Shown piece by piece: positions 13,555-27,000 of a DNA stretch of 64,000 bases (positions are counted from its first letter, which is position 1; each line of letters starts with the position of its first letter). The DNA lies in assembly GCA_965637545.1 (NCBI GenBank), contig OZ281494.1, positions 30,318,001 to 30,382,000 of the forward strand, read 5' to 3'. Under the pieces are notes generated by a model. It was not told the DNA's origin. It was given only the letters and a program-made list of their open reading frames with translations, and ran no database searches. The DNA is from Phallusia mammillata. Lineage: Eukaryota. Both the position numbers and the translations under genes were made by a program.

Positions 13555-15287
13555 GTTGAAGCAAACAGAAAATACGTTTTCATTCTTTGGTCGCGACTGA
13601 AAGGAATGAGTTTGAAAAACTGCCATAGTCGCTCTCACCAAACGTCGTTATCAATCATTGTTAAAAGCAAATTTAGCCGAGTCATATTTTTCCTTGTGTG
13701 GCTAAACATGCTGAGTCAACATTTACGGTACCGGTAAATGCATAGCGTGGCCTTAAGTACGAATCACCAAACTTTTGCTGCGGTGTTCCCGTACATATGC
13801 GATCAATTATAATGTTTGCACACAGTGTAAAACACTACCAGTTCCGCCCTGGTTGTTCACTAAACATACCTTTTCAAAAATTTGCAAACAAATATGAATA
13901 CACGACAATTGCTGATGATACCTAAAAACGAATGGATGATATTCACTTGGCACAGATTATGTAACTATCACGAAATCCAAACATGTGTTCCTACATCACC
14001 ATGCACTAATAATTGGTGACCAATCTCACACATAGTTTTGCGACGGCACGACTCGTTATTGACTTAAACTTAATAACGAAACATAAAAATGCTCCCAAAA
14101 CTGTATCTGTAAATTGGAACACAGTTTTTCTGTATTGGCTGCGCGGAGCTCCCCGACCGTATGGATATAATACCATTGCTAAACGTTGGCAAGCGTTTTG
14201 GATTATTTTGTGGATTATTAAACCCTATGACCCTGTACAGCCAGAGGACATTTTTTGGAGCACAAATGACGCAATTGCTGTAAGAACTGTTCCCAGTCGT
14301 TTTACTGCCGTTGGTAAAAAATCTTCCGACCAGTATTCAACCAACTTCAGGTGGTTTTGGATTTATTTATTGGATGTATTTCTCAACGCTGGTAATGCAA
14401 ATTTTAAGATTACAGCCCACATTGTGTACAAGCAATCTTCAACGAAAAACCTCCCACCCATGAGCTTTTGGCTGATCTTTCCCACACATTTTATCCCGTG
14501 AATCAATGCGTATATGACAGCAAATAACGAACGACTCTGAGAGGTGGGTAACATACATTTATCATATGAGGTGGACTTACATGCAAGTAAGTCGTGTCTT
14601 TGTCTGAGGTACGCAACAATCAGACCACAAAGTTCAATAAACAAGATATAACACACTGCTTACCCTTTATTAACTAAGTACTAGTCCTGAGTTGCAAATG
14701 ACATTAAACGGTTTTTAAATGAATCATTTTTTGTGCAAATAAGGCACTAACCCTTACAAAACTAGAACACACAGTATGCCAAAAAGTTAAAAAACAACAA
14801 TTTGACAAATCAGCTATCACATACAAAATCCTATACAAATGTGTTAAATAATAGCCTATTAAGCATCATCCATGCCACTAGGTTCATCCATGGCATTAGC
14901 TTGTTTATTTTAAATTCGAAAAGTTTTCATAAAAATGGCAACTTTTTGACAAGTCAAGTCTATTAATTTCTGTCATCATAAGTAAACCCGAAATAACAAA
15001 AGTGCTACTAACCTTTTTGTACAAATATCTTTAATAGAATCATAAATATCTTGAGATTGCAATCTGTTAAAATCCCGCAGAGTATCAGTATACAAACTTC
15101 AACTAGTGTGCTTACTAGACCAGAAGAGGCTTACCGGTAATTATAAACTTTGTAAGAATCTAGATGAAAAATTTGCCTGTGTTTTACAAAACCAAACATA
15201 TAAGACGACGTATTTCATTTACCTCATCTAATTTCTTTTTGCGACAGCTCACTGTACTTTAAACCGATAAAAGAACACAATCTAAGG

Positions 15288-15710
15288 CAGCGGTTCCCAA
15301 ACTGGGGTCCGCGGTCCTTTAGGGGTCCGTGAGGCAATTTTGGGGGGACCGCGAAGCGGTTGAAGTAATTCTATAATCTTATTTGGCGTCAGTTTGTGCC
15401 ACTAAATAAGTTTAAATCAAAGCAGAATCGAGAATCGACTGTCTCCATTGCTAAACAATGGCCTTCATTGAATGATAACTATGTCAAAAATGCAATTGTT
15501 CGCACACAATCGTAATGTTTTTTGTCCTCTTTGTGATGTCACACGCTGTCTTTGGATGATTATTATGCGCAATTTTGGACAACCAGCTAAAATCCTGCAA
15601 TCAACTTTCGTTTTTATGAAACACACATTTAGGCTTAAGGACCGCGAGCCCTCGAAATAATGGCAAGGGGACCGTTTAGAAAAAAATATGAAAAAGTTTG
15701 GGAACCACTG
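15288..15710. mobile_element. hAT-type MITE (423 bp)
   Basis: TIRs cagcggttcccaaact / agtttgggaaccactg; perfect 8-bp TSD ATCTAAGG. An inverted near-identical copy is at 63504-63924. Confidence 0.9.
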
Positions 15711-16952
15711 ATCTAAGGTTACAACTCGAAATGCAGTTGACAAAATAATTTGCTGTTGCATTTTTCGCGTCTTTTTTAACAACTTGTGTAAAGTGTTTCG
15801 AATTGATGATTTAATATTAAAAAAATGCACGTACGGTAACTATTCGCATAACATGTTTGGTATATTTTTACCTTCATAGAATATTAATTAGGAATTATTA
15901 ATCTATTTGTCGCCAAAAATATATGCCACACTTTGTACGGCACTGCTCTGGATAAACGTCAAATATTTAAGTACCGGTAAGTGTTGTTTGAAGTTTACTT
16001 TGGAGTTGGACAACACGATGTATTTTATTGCACATTGACAAGCCACAATTTTCATTCACTATGTAAAAATATATCAAATAATAAAGTAAATAAACACACG
16101 CATATCCATTTAAAATTTTGAGAGCAAATGTTTGTTTTGGATGCTTTTTTCTACTGCTCCGGAGTAAAGCAAAAAAATCAGGTGTGCGTATTTCTTACGT
16201 TTGAGATTTGAGTAGACTTGACTTACACTTGACTTGACTCGTTTAACTAATTTGCTTGGTACTTGTAGTTGGATAATACTAATTAAACTTGCTAAAAAAA
16301 GTTTAAGAAATGATGCAACCTGCAGTCGATTTTAGATCTAAACTGGGATGACACTAAAACACTGTCTGTGACTGTAGTTTAAGTAACATGCGTAGCCGTA
16401 GTGTATTCAAATTCAAACCCTGCAGGCTAAAATACTATTTTGTGCGTTATTAAAACGTCGTATTCGCAAAATATTTATAAATAAGATACTTTGTAATTGT
16501 AAATCCAAATATTTAATTGCATTTCTTAATTGAGCTGCTTATTTCCCATATCTGTTGTGTAGCCCGTGATTGGGTAAAACTATAAGTTTGCAAGCTGGTA
16601 TAAGAGAATAATAGTAGAAGCCCTAAGTATTGTATATCTAATACTGTTGCATTAAACCTTAATCTTTTTGTTTATATTAACAACTAGGCTTTTTCATGAG
16701 ACTGTTTAGATTCTGTATACTGAACTGACTGCTAGCAGTACAATTGGAATTGCCAGAGAGGAAGCTGAAGGTTTAACACCTTACTAAAGTGTGAAGAAAC
16801 TGCAATTGTGTTTGCTGCTGTAAACTGCCTATCTATTGAACTGGATAAATTATCAGCTGTTGGTAAGGGCTTTGTCATGTTGTTTCTTCTTTCCATGTCA
16901 GTATGGAATTTCCACTATGTTATTTGGTTTTACAGAACATCTTCAGCCTCTC

Positions 16953-19900
16953 ATGGATCAATCAGCAATTGAGTTGGTGAATAGAGAGGAGGTGTTTAGA
17001 AAAGCAGAAAAAAGGGAAAAGTCAAGAAAAAGAAAGGTATTTTTAAACATTCTATTTGATATTTTTCTCCACAGTTTTTGCCAAGGTTGTGGAGTCAAAC
17101 TTTATAAGGTGGCAGAGTTTTTTTTAAATATTGTTGCATCATATTCGCCATGTTATGCCATGTTTTTGGTTGAAGTCACAGTCAGAAAAATACCACAACC
17201 CCCAACCCTGTTCATTGCATGATTCTAACCTCCTTTTATGTATATATTTAAAATTTCTAGGATGGAAAAGATGAAAAACATGGTACACCGAAAAAAACTC
17301 GCAGGTTTGAGGAACCTGCTGATAAGGATGCACCAGCAGATGAAAGTCCGGGTATGCTGACATCTCAACAGGTAAAAAAAATAATTTTAGATTCATTTAT
17401 CTGATAACTTTGTCTACATTGTACAGATTGTTAGGGCTTATGGTTAACCAATAACCACATATATACCTAATTTGCCCAACATTTTGATACTAAATCAGTA
17501 TGTTTAGTACCATTAGCCCTAACTATCTGTACAAGACAAAGTTATTAGTACCATTTGTTTAAATTTGGCCATCCATATGCAATATAGCAGAATAAGTGTT
17601 TTAATAAACCATGAAAACTTTGTATTTTTATACTACCATCTTAAAGTAAGGAGAAAAACAAAAATATATAACTTGTACGTGGACTAACATCACCAACAAA
17701 TACTATTTAAAAAACAAAAAAAAGTCCAAATACACAATGTATTACAGATTAAATCCATGATGGAAAAAGCAAGGCATCAGATTCAACAAAGAAAAGAACA
17801 GATCAAGCAAATCAGCCCAAACGTATTGTCAGCACAAGTTAAAGAAGCAGAGGTTTGTATTCGTTTTGTTTGTTGCATTTGAAAATGTTACACCATATTT
17901 AAAGATCTTCTTTTGATAATCATTGCAAAAATTTGTGACAAAAGATTTTCCTAATAAAATGCACACTACCTACATTTTACATGTTATTCTTAGGTGCATT
18001 CTGTTTCCATACCTGGGACAGAGGCCTCTTTAATGGATGATGCAATGGAAAAAGCACAAAAAGCAGCTGAGTTGCAAAAGCGAATTCAAGCTAAGCTAGC
18101 CTTAAAACCAGAGCTTTTGGCAGGCATTCAACAACCAGGGGTTCAAGCTCGACTGATAAACATGGCTAAAATGGAGTAAGTGTATTGCTTGTGGCCAATT
18201 GACAAGTTAGTGTGTAATGTTTCTTGTCAGTGAAACCTTATTATGTGTCAGTTTATTCTTTTACCTTATAAATTACCATTAATTTCGTTTCAGAAAGCAA
18301 CAACAAATGCAAGCACCTAAAGCTCTTATATTGGATGACAAAGGTCGTACAGTGGACGCCACTGGGCAAGTGTTTCAAATTCCCAGCCGAGTGCCTACAT
18401 TAAAGGTAGCTTTTCATAAATCTTTGCTTAAAGTGCATCCATATTGATTGTTGAGTAGCACCATCGCTTTTAGAATTGTCCAAAAAATCTGACTTAGTAT
18501 GCAACCTGATAGACAACAAAAATAATTTACCGTGGTGTTTAGTTTAAAAAATTGAGATCATATAATTTCGGATTTACTATATATAATATGTGCTTAGTAA
18601 ATCTTTTCTTATTTTTGAAATCTCCTTTCAAGTACAGCAACTGCGACGATTCAGGGTCATTGAAATCAGATTAAGAAAATTCATCATCATATGGCTTATT
18701 GTGTATTGTGTGCTATTTTCAGGCCAACATACGAGCCAAAAAGCAAGAAGAATTTCGCCAAAAAATGCATGAAAAGCCAACACCTGACATGACAAGTGCT
18801 TCGAGCAAATTTTTTGATTTGCGAGTAAAACAAGAAACATCATCAAGAGCTCGAAAAACATTCAAGTTTCATGACAAGGGAAAATTTGAGCAAATTGCAC
18901 AGAAAATCCGCACAAAAGTAAGCTGGTTATCAAATATCACTGCAACAATAATTATAGTGAAACCAACTTCAACTCCTGGATTTTGATACCCTGGTACCAT
19001 CATTCCCATTGCCAATTAGTTCTAATATTTACATTGATAACAGATTTTGCATATAATTGTGAAACATTAAATTACTAATTCGTTTATACTCTAGTTTTTT
19101 TTCATTTCCGACCCTAATCTTGTGTATTGTGTGACTAATATGTGTCCAACAACTTTATTAAAGACCCAATGTACCCTTGTGTACCTTCAAGCTAAGAAGT
19201 GTTTTTTCAGGCTCAATTGGAGAAGCTGCAAGGAGAAATTGCCCAGGCAGCGAAGAGGACTGGAATCCAACAGGCATCGAAACTTGCACTTATCACACCA
19301 AAGATAGCAAAGGAAATGAGTATTAACTCCATTCCTTATATGGAGTGGTGGGATGCCTATGTGATGGACCAAACAGAGTAAGTAATTTTTTACCAAATTT
19401 ACATTTTCTCGAAATTATTTTTTTGTACTTGTTTCATAGCTTTAAAATTGTTAAAATTCTTCTATAAAATATGTGGAAAAGTGATCATCACCTCAATACC
19501 ATATTAAACAATACACCTTTTTTCAAGGGACAATGAAGAGAAAATTTCCACAAGTTCAGATGTCATTACCAATCTAATTGAACATCCTGCTCAGCTTAAA
19601 GCTCCTGGTAAGATCTTATTGGACTCTCCCTCTTTTGATGTAGGCTTGTCGGTAACCTAAAAAACTCATTCTTTGCTAAATCTATGTCCTGAACTGCCAC
19701 TTAAATGCATAAATTCTTCAGCTTGCTACTGCTTCACTGAAATCTGGTCTGTGCTGTTTATAAACCTGTTTCAGAATTTTTGCAATTGCATGAAATTATA
19801 CCTAAAAGTTTTTAAATTGTTTTAAGCTATGATTAGCAAAGTATCCGTGCGCAATTAAAATGGTTTGACATCAACTGCTTCGGATTTAATTGTATTACTA

Positions 19901-22900
19901 CTCAGTGTGCTTTAATGTAAACTATAAAGTAAACCAATGTGTTTTACTTTGTATGATACAGGTTCCAGAAAGAATGCGGTGCCCGTCATAGGAACTTACC
20001 TTACTAAGAAAGAACGCAAGAAACTGAGAAGAATGAACAGGCGAGAAGCCCTGAAGGATGAACAGGAAAAAGTGAGACTTGGCCTTGTGCCAGCTCCTGA
20101 ACCGAAAGGTGGGGGAATTTTACTGGAATAAGTGCATGTGTACATTAACCAAGGATAAACAGCAAGTGTTCTATTTGGCGGGCAATCATCGTCAGGGTTA
20201 TGTGGTGTCACAAATGTTTAAATTAGGGGTTTTTAACCAAGGGTGCACGCACCCCCAAGGGGTGCGAGAACTGTTCCTAGGGGGTGCGGGGATACTAAAT
20301 CATTATAGTTGGTTAGGTCTATTCCATACAAATACAAAAATCCAGAGGGGTGCGAAAATTGGTTGGTGATTTGAAAGGGGTGCAGCAAGGAAAAAGGGTT
20401 AAGAATCACTACTTTGAAGAAACAAAAAGTTGCTTGACTTTACAAAAAATCACAAACATGACTTTATAAAGAGGTTTTTGCAACGAAACGCAGTAAGCAC
20501 TTAAATAGTTTATATTTATTTATGGGAAAAAAATGTGTATTGCAAGTTGGGTTTGTACTGAAGTTTTGACTAAAATTGAGCCACATTTTGGTAAGACCTA
20601 ACCGATTGCCCCCAACAGTACAGTATTACAAAACCGAAATACCATACAAAAAAACTACCTCGGTAAATACGGATTTGCCTAATTCGGACAAAACACTAGG
20701 TATATACAAATGATTTACAATGTGGTAAGACATGAACTGATCGACATCGGTTAATCCGGATCTTCGTCTAATCCGGACAAGTTGTTTGGTTCAAACGGGT
20801 CCGGATTACCCGAGGTTTATTGTATATGAATGGTTTAAGCATCACAGCTTGTTACTTTCTTACTCACCTTTTAACGTATGTTTTTTTATATGCATACGAA
20901 TTTTACGCAAAATCGCAACGTATTATGGGAGGCTTTCAACGTTTCATGAATAACCCAACCGATATTTTCAACGCAGTGAAACTTTCGAATCTGATGCGTG
21001 TTCTGGGCACTGACGCTGTTCAAGACCCAACTAAAGTGGAAAAACACGTCCGCCAGCAAATGGCAAAGCGACAGAGAGCCCATGAACAAGCCAACGCCGC
21101 ACGAAAGCTCACTACTGAGCAGAAGAAGGAAAAACGAGTGAAGAAACTGAAAGAATCGACAACCGATGGTGTTCAAGTTGCAATGTACAGGTGTGTAGTG
21201 CAGTACTGGTTTTTAACTGCAAAAGGTTAAAAAAAATTGTAACATCGTTTTGTTTGTGGTTTTTACTTTTTTCTGTCTAACACTGGTTTGTGTAAAGCAT
21301 TTGGCCACTAAAGACGTAAACTGCATTATCGAGGAGTTTTGAACTGCTCTATCTAAAAAAAACTCTTTTTTACATTGCGATTAACCGGTATATGCAATTA
21401 AGCAGAAGCAGACATTTTCTTAACAATGCAAATAAAATTCTGACTTCACAAGTGATGGGCTACGGTTTTAGGATTTCTATGTCAATGAACTATTAAGCTA
21501 TACATTTAAAAGTTTTCCTATGTGCCAATATTTAACTTTACTATTTAACTGGTTCGGTGATTAAAATCAAAAACAAATTTAAATTACATAATGTTCACAG
21601 CATGACAAACCAAAGTATTATTGGCAAAAGTCATCAATCATCATGATTAAAAAAACATGTTAAAGTGGGAGGTGGAGTAATAGTTAAAAATACTATACTG
21701 TACAACATAATGCCCTTGTTGGTTATTACTGATATTAAACCGAGTAAACTACAAACGGCATATTGAGTATTATTTCCTTTTCATATTGTCAGGATACGAA
21801 GTCTACGTGATCCTGCCAAGAAGTTCAAGATCGAGATGAACAGCAAGCAACTGTATTTGACTGGATGTACGGTGTTACACCCCGATATAAATATTGTGGT
21901 CGTCGAAGGAGGTAAACTTCTTGCTTTGATCATGTAAAAGTTGTCAAATATAAACAAGTTAAAACGACATTGTATGTTTGTCAGTAGTTGGTCAAAAAAA
22001 GTTAAACGCTTAAGTTTTCTATTAAATAACCACTGTTAATAAGTAGTGTTTTTTTCGCAGCTAACAGCATCAATGCAGGGCGATTGACCTATTTGCAGAC
22101 ATAAAAAGTCTGGGGTTATTCTAGCTTCGAAACTCGTTGAAACTACAAAAAATTACGATGCAAAAGCAACAGCCAAAACTTACTTTAACAATAGTCTGGT
22201 TAATTGACTGTTTCTAACCCTGTTTGTACTAAAATGGTCAACAGTCGTAGGTGATTTGAAGCAGTAATCTGTGAGTTTTTTGCATCTGCAGGTCCAAAAG
22301 CACAACGTCGCTTCCAACGACTGATGACAGTGAGGATAAAGTGGGACGAAGAAAAAAAGGGAAAGCGAAACGGTGAGTTACACAACCAAAACTGTTTTTT
22401 TAACATCCAGTAAGTACAAACTTGGATAAACAGACTAGTGTGGTGGCAACTTTAGCTGTAAAAACTTTAAAAACGTATATCTGATCACAAATCTGTATGT
22501 TTTCTTGCCATCATAGTGATTGCAGAAGTGAAAACAATGTAGTTTTCACTTCTACAATGTTTAACAACATACCTAACTGCTTTCAGAATAAGTAAATGTT
22601 CGGCTCAGTTTGTGCAACTGCTCGGCCGAGCATCAAGCATAAAAAATAGGGATGTTAGGTACCGAGTACTCGGATTCTGGCTCGGCTCGGCCCATTCCTA
22701 CCTCAGAATGAAGTATTGGGGGCAATGGAAATGTATGTACTATGTACTAAACAACTAACAACACAAATGCATTTAGACGCCGATGCTGCTGCGAGTGCTG
22801 ATGGCAACGCCCCTTGTCGCTTGATATGGGAGGGTCAGACCAAGACCAAACATTTCGGCGACATGACGTTCAAACAATGTACAACGGACGCCCAAGCGAG

Positions 22901-22973
22901 AGACTTCTTTCTACACCATGGAGTAGAGCATTACTGGGATTTGGCGCATTCGCAAAAGATTTTACAGGAATAA
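16953..22973 (+). CDS. PRPF3: U4/U6 snRNP protein Prp3; 13 coding exons; start codon uncertain because the PWI exon is decayed
   Basis: Exons 16953-17036, 17261-17371, 17748-17852, 17994-18175, 18294-18405, 18723-18917, 19211-19377, 19528-19607, 19962-20108, 20977-21190, 21793-21911, 22292-22372, 22777-22973. Diagnostic motifs: [82 protein letters not shown]. Confidence 0.97.
20224..20411. mobile_element. Older hAT-type MITE in a PRPF3 intron
   Basis: TIRs taggggtttttaacc / ggttaagaatcacta with internal ggggtgc repeats. TSD is degenerate (gtttaaat vs ctttgaag). Confidence 0.55.
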
Positions 22974-24080
22974 GGGACATGTACTGGCAATTTTACTTAA
23001 AAAATACCTTCTGAAACCTTTTCTTTTGATATCAAGCGCGTGTCATTAAAAAGCTAAAAACTTGCTTAAAATTTTATTTTGCATTTTATGCCTACTTTTT
23101 AAGTTCTGGTGATTCTGTGCAAATAGTCAAGTATTTCGGGTTTGCCTTGGCCTTGTGCCACATGGTTACCTTCTCTCATGGGCTTGTATCACATAATATC
23201 CACAATTTTGAGCTCCCTTTGTTACGCAAGCGCCAAATTTTTTTCAAAATAAACGGCGAAACGCAGTTGGCGAAGCATCGTCTGTTGGTGTGTTTTAAAT
23301 TATTACAAAATTTCGGGGCAATAGTGTTACAGTGGATTATGCTATTCACTATGGTTCTTGATCCCGTTCGCTCATTTCAAGTTAAGCAGCAGTTTGCCTC
23401 CGTTTTATTCTCACGATTCAAGTCTTACTGAAAGTTTCGTGTTTTAGGTCCACAGTTTTAATTTAACTGTTACACTAATTAGCCAGCTTCGTTTAAAGAA
23501 CAACTTCAATAATTATTGGGTTCGTTAACGCGTAATGGCAGATGAACCCCGCCAAAAACTGTCGATAAGGAGAAACAAACATATATGTATACGAAATATA
23601 TAGAGATGATTCTTTTAAAATATTACACTGACGTTGATCGTCTGCCAGTCTTTTCGAGTATGTTTTGTGTATTTGATAAGTGAAGACACATCTGTCGGTC
23701 ACCACCCCGTTACACAGGGTGATTCTTGTAGTCTGCTATCACATACACGTATATACATACATATACGTGAATAGATATGGCCCACTTTATTCTGCGTAAG
23801 CAAGCAAGCACGAATTTGGTGTTTACAATCCTGAACCTAGTCCTAGTGGAACTCTTAGTAAGTGCGTATAATCCCTAAATCCCAAAGCAATCATAAAAAA
23901 TCCGTGATCAAACCATGGCACACACAAACAAGGTCAACTCCACATTTGGTATGCTGATTGCTGAGGTAATATATTTCTCAGACCAGAAATATACTGACAT
24001 TGTGTACATTAAATTTGGAAGCCTATTAACTTGCGGCTAAAATGCTACTTGCACACAAAAGGGGTGTAAGACTTTCAAAT

Positions 24081-27000
24081 CTAGGAGATCGGGAACTTTT
24101 CGTTGCGATCATGCGGTGCATTAAAATCCAGATCTGGTCCAACACTCACTATTCCATAAGGGTTAATGTTGCGATGGCTCATCTGAAAAATTAATATCAT
24201 ACGCGTTGCATTACGAAGAAATGGTGCCATTCGCCATTTGGCTGTATTAACAACAAATGTTCGGCAAGAAAACCAGTTTTTTTGAAACGTTTTTGAGCTT
24301 TTTAAATCATAGTACGCCAGGTCTATTAAAGGCGTTGTACCGAATCACCCAGTTTTTCAAGAATTCCCGTATGGCAAGGCGTAGGTTCTGTGGTAGGATT
24401 TGAACCAACGACAGTGCCCTTTCCGACACTCAAGCTCTACCAACTGAGCTTTTTAACGCATGCCTTCATCTTAACCAGTGATTTTCAAGCGCGGCTCAGG
24501 GCCGCATGCGGCTCGCAAACCAATAGAGATTGCTATTGTAGCTTTCAAAGTAACAATCTTTAGTGATTTTCTAAATCTAAAGGGTCTCGTTTTTGCGGCT
24601 CCTTACACAATTAAAAAACTACCATTTGGCCCAGACAATAAAAAAGTTTAAGAACCACTGATCTTAACCTTTAACCTCAACTGTAGTTTGCGTTTTTCTA
24701 CCAAATTACCATGTAATGCTTTCTGATGTGGTTCATATCCGTTGTTTCCCTGAATGCAGGAATTTGATAAAGTTCCCTCAAGTAGCCCCAGATGTTTGGA
24801 TAATCAATGATACGTTTCTTGTTGCACTGTAAAAAAAACATTTAATAAATAAGCTTATATAAGGATGTTTGTTGAGGATTTAAATTGATTTTTGCCAACT
24901 TGGATCGTGTTTTTTCTGCTGTAGCAATGTCGTTAATGATCCTCTTATTTTAACGTGGAGAAAAATTATCTCTGACTAAAACATTCACAGAACACCAGGC
25001 TCATTAAAGGCAAAATATCAGCTGGTCACCAAGCATTACCATGTGGCAAGGCGTAGGCTACACAGATCTAGTCTGTGGTGGGGTTCGAACCCAGAACAGG
25101 AATCTTTCCGAGACTCGCGGTCTACCAAAGCTACACAGACTTAGACTTTAAACTAGAAGGGTGGCTTAGCACATTTTACTATAGCATATACACTACAACC
25201 TATTCTGCAAACTGTAATATATTCTCTATATTTATTTATATTGGGTCCTATATTAGCCAACATTTTTTATAATCTTGATTTGTTTCTGCAGGCAGAAACT
25301 CATGGGTCCCCCAAACCGCAAAGTTGTAAACAGACAAGCATAAGAAACGGTGCTATAAAGTCAAACACAGTGATTGGTAGTGTTCCTAAAAAAAAAAGTT
25401 ATGTAAAGTACAAACTGTCTAAATCTCATGCAATTGAGACATTGTTATAAGTTTGTGTGCCTAAATAGCATAAAACACTGACATCTCAAAATGGCATATT
25501 ATACAAACTGTCAAAATGTATTGTTGATTAATTCACACATTTTTGGGGGGTTGGTAGGGTAAATAATAGGGATGCAGGGTGAAACACAATATTCGACAGC
25601 TACAAATGCCAAATTCATAAAACTATCAAAAATTCATCCAAACCGGACGTTTTTTAAAAAATAGGTGGCTTAAGCAGTAAATATTGGGCTACATGGTGAA
25701 ACACAATAATCGACGCCCTAAAATGGCATAATGAACAAACTGTCCAAATTTCATCCAAATCGGACATTGTTTAAAAAATCACCCATTTTAGGGGTCTACT
25801 GGGGTAAATATTGGGGTTACAGTGTAAAACACAACAAACGATGCCCTAAAAAAGCACAATGAACAAACTGTCCAAATTTCATCCGAATCGGACATTGTTT
25901 AAAAAAATCACCCATTTTAGGGGTCTACTGGGGTAAATATTGGGGCTACAGTGTAAAACACAACAAACGATGCCCTAAAAAAGCACAATGAACAAACTGT
26001 CCAAATTTCATCCAAATCGGACATTCTTTAAAAAATCACCCATTTTAGGGGTCTAGTGGGGTAAATATTGGGGCTACAGGGTAAAACACAACAAACGATG
26101 CCCTAAAATGGCACAATGAACAAACTTTTCAAATTTCATCCAATTCGGACATTGTTCAAAATTTACCCATTTTAGGGGGCTAGTGGGGTAAACACTGGGG
26201 CTATCGAGTCAAACAAAACAAATGGCACATCTACATAACTATATCTACCATCTGTGAAAATTTTATCCAAATCCATCAAACATTTCAAGGCAAAACGAGG
26301 TGGACAAACTTTGGGCAGAAAAACAAAAAGAAAAAAAAGAAAAAAAAAGAAAAAAAAGAAAAAAAAGAAAAAAAAATCGAGTAAAATCAATATGTGTCCC
26401 CTTCAGGGAAGGAGACCCATAATAATTTTTCCTTTACTAAACCTATCGAATATTTTAAAATAACATAAAAACGTCGCAAAAGTGCGCCATACTATACCTT
26501 AAAATGGCCGTGGTAGACTTGGTCAAAACGAATCAGTGTAGTAAACAAACGAATATCAGCTTCCGTGAGACGATTTCCAACCAAATATCTTTGCTTCGAC
26601 AGCAATTCTTCAGCCTGTTACAATGTTTGTATCATAATTTATATACTGGTTTGTTGGTTTGTATTATTGACTGTGACCAGTAAGAGTCTCAGTGCAGCCA
26701 GTGTAGTTCATACGCACCTTCTCCAAATTTTCAAAAAGATCTTGGACAGCCTTGTCATAGGCTTCTTGAGATTGTGCGAAACCACAACGATAAACACCAT
26801 TGTTGATATTTCTACAACACAATAAATGTCTGTTAAGTTTGTAGTCTCAGCTTTTAACTTTATGTTTACCCATAAACCGGTGGTTCCCAACCTTTCAGTT
26901 GTAACGAAACTTTGATTAGGTGACAGCAGGGGAATAAACAACTAAAACTATATTTCTTTTAAATAAATTTGGGTTTGGAGTATTGTGAAGAAACGAATAA

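Noticed and set aside
14013-14656. 162-aa plus-strand ORF and 97-aa minus-strand ORF
   Set aside because: No recognisable domain, and stops interrupt the adjacent frames; cannot be supported without homology or expression data.
15465-15830. ORFs within the MITE, and their counterpart 63477..63761
   Set aside because: Chance open frames in a non-autonomous repeat; no transposase motifs.
24385-24452. Functional tRNA genes here and at 25047-25135 and 47773-47893
   Set aside because: A and B boxes are present, but I could not fold acceptor and anticodon stems; shared tails or poly(A) indicate SINEs.
25545-26260. CRISPR-like array
   Set aside because: Units are about 128-bp head-to-tail repeats with no unique spacers, in a eukaryotic intron.
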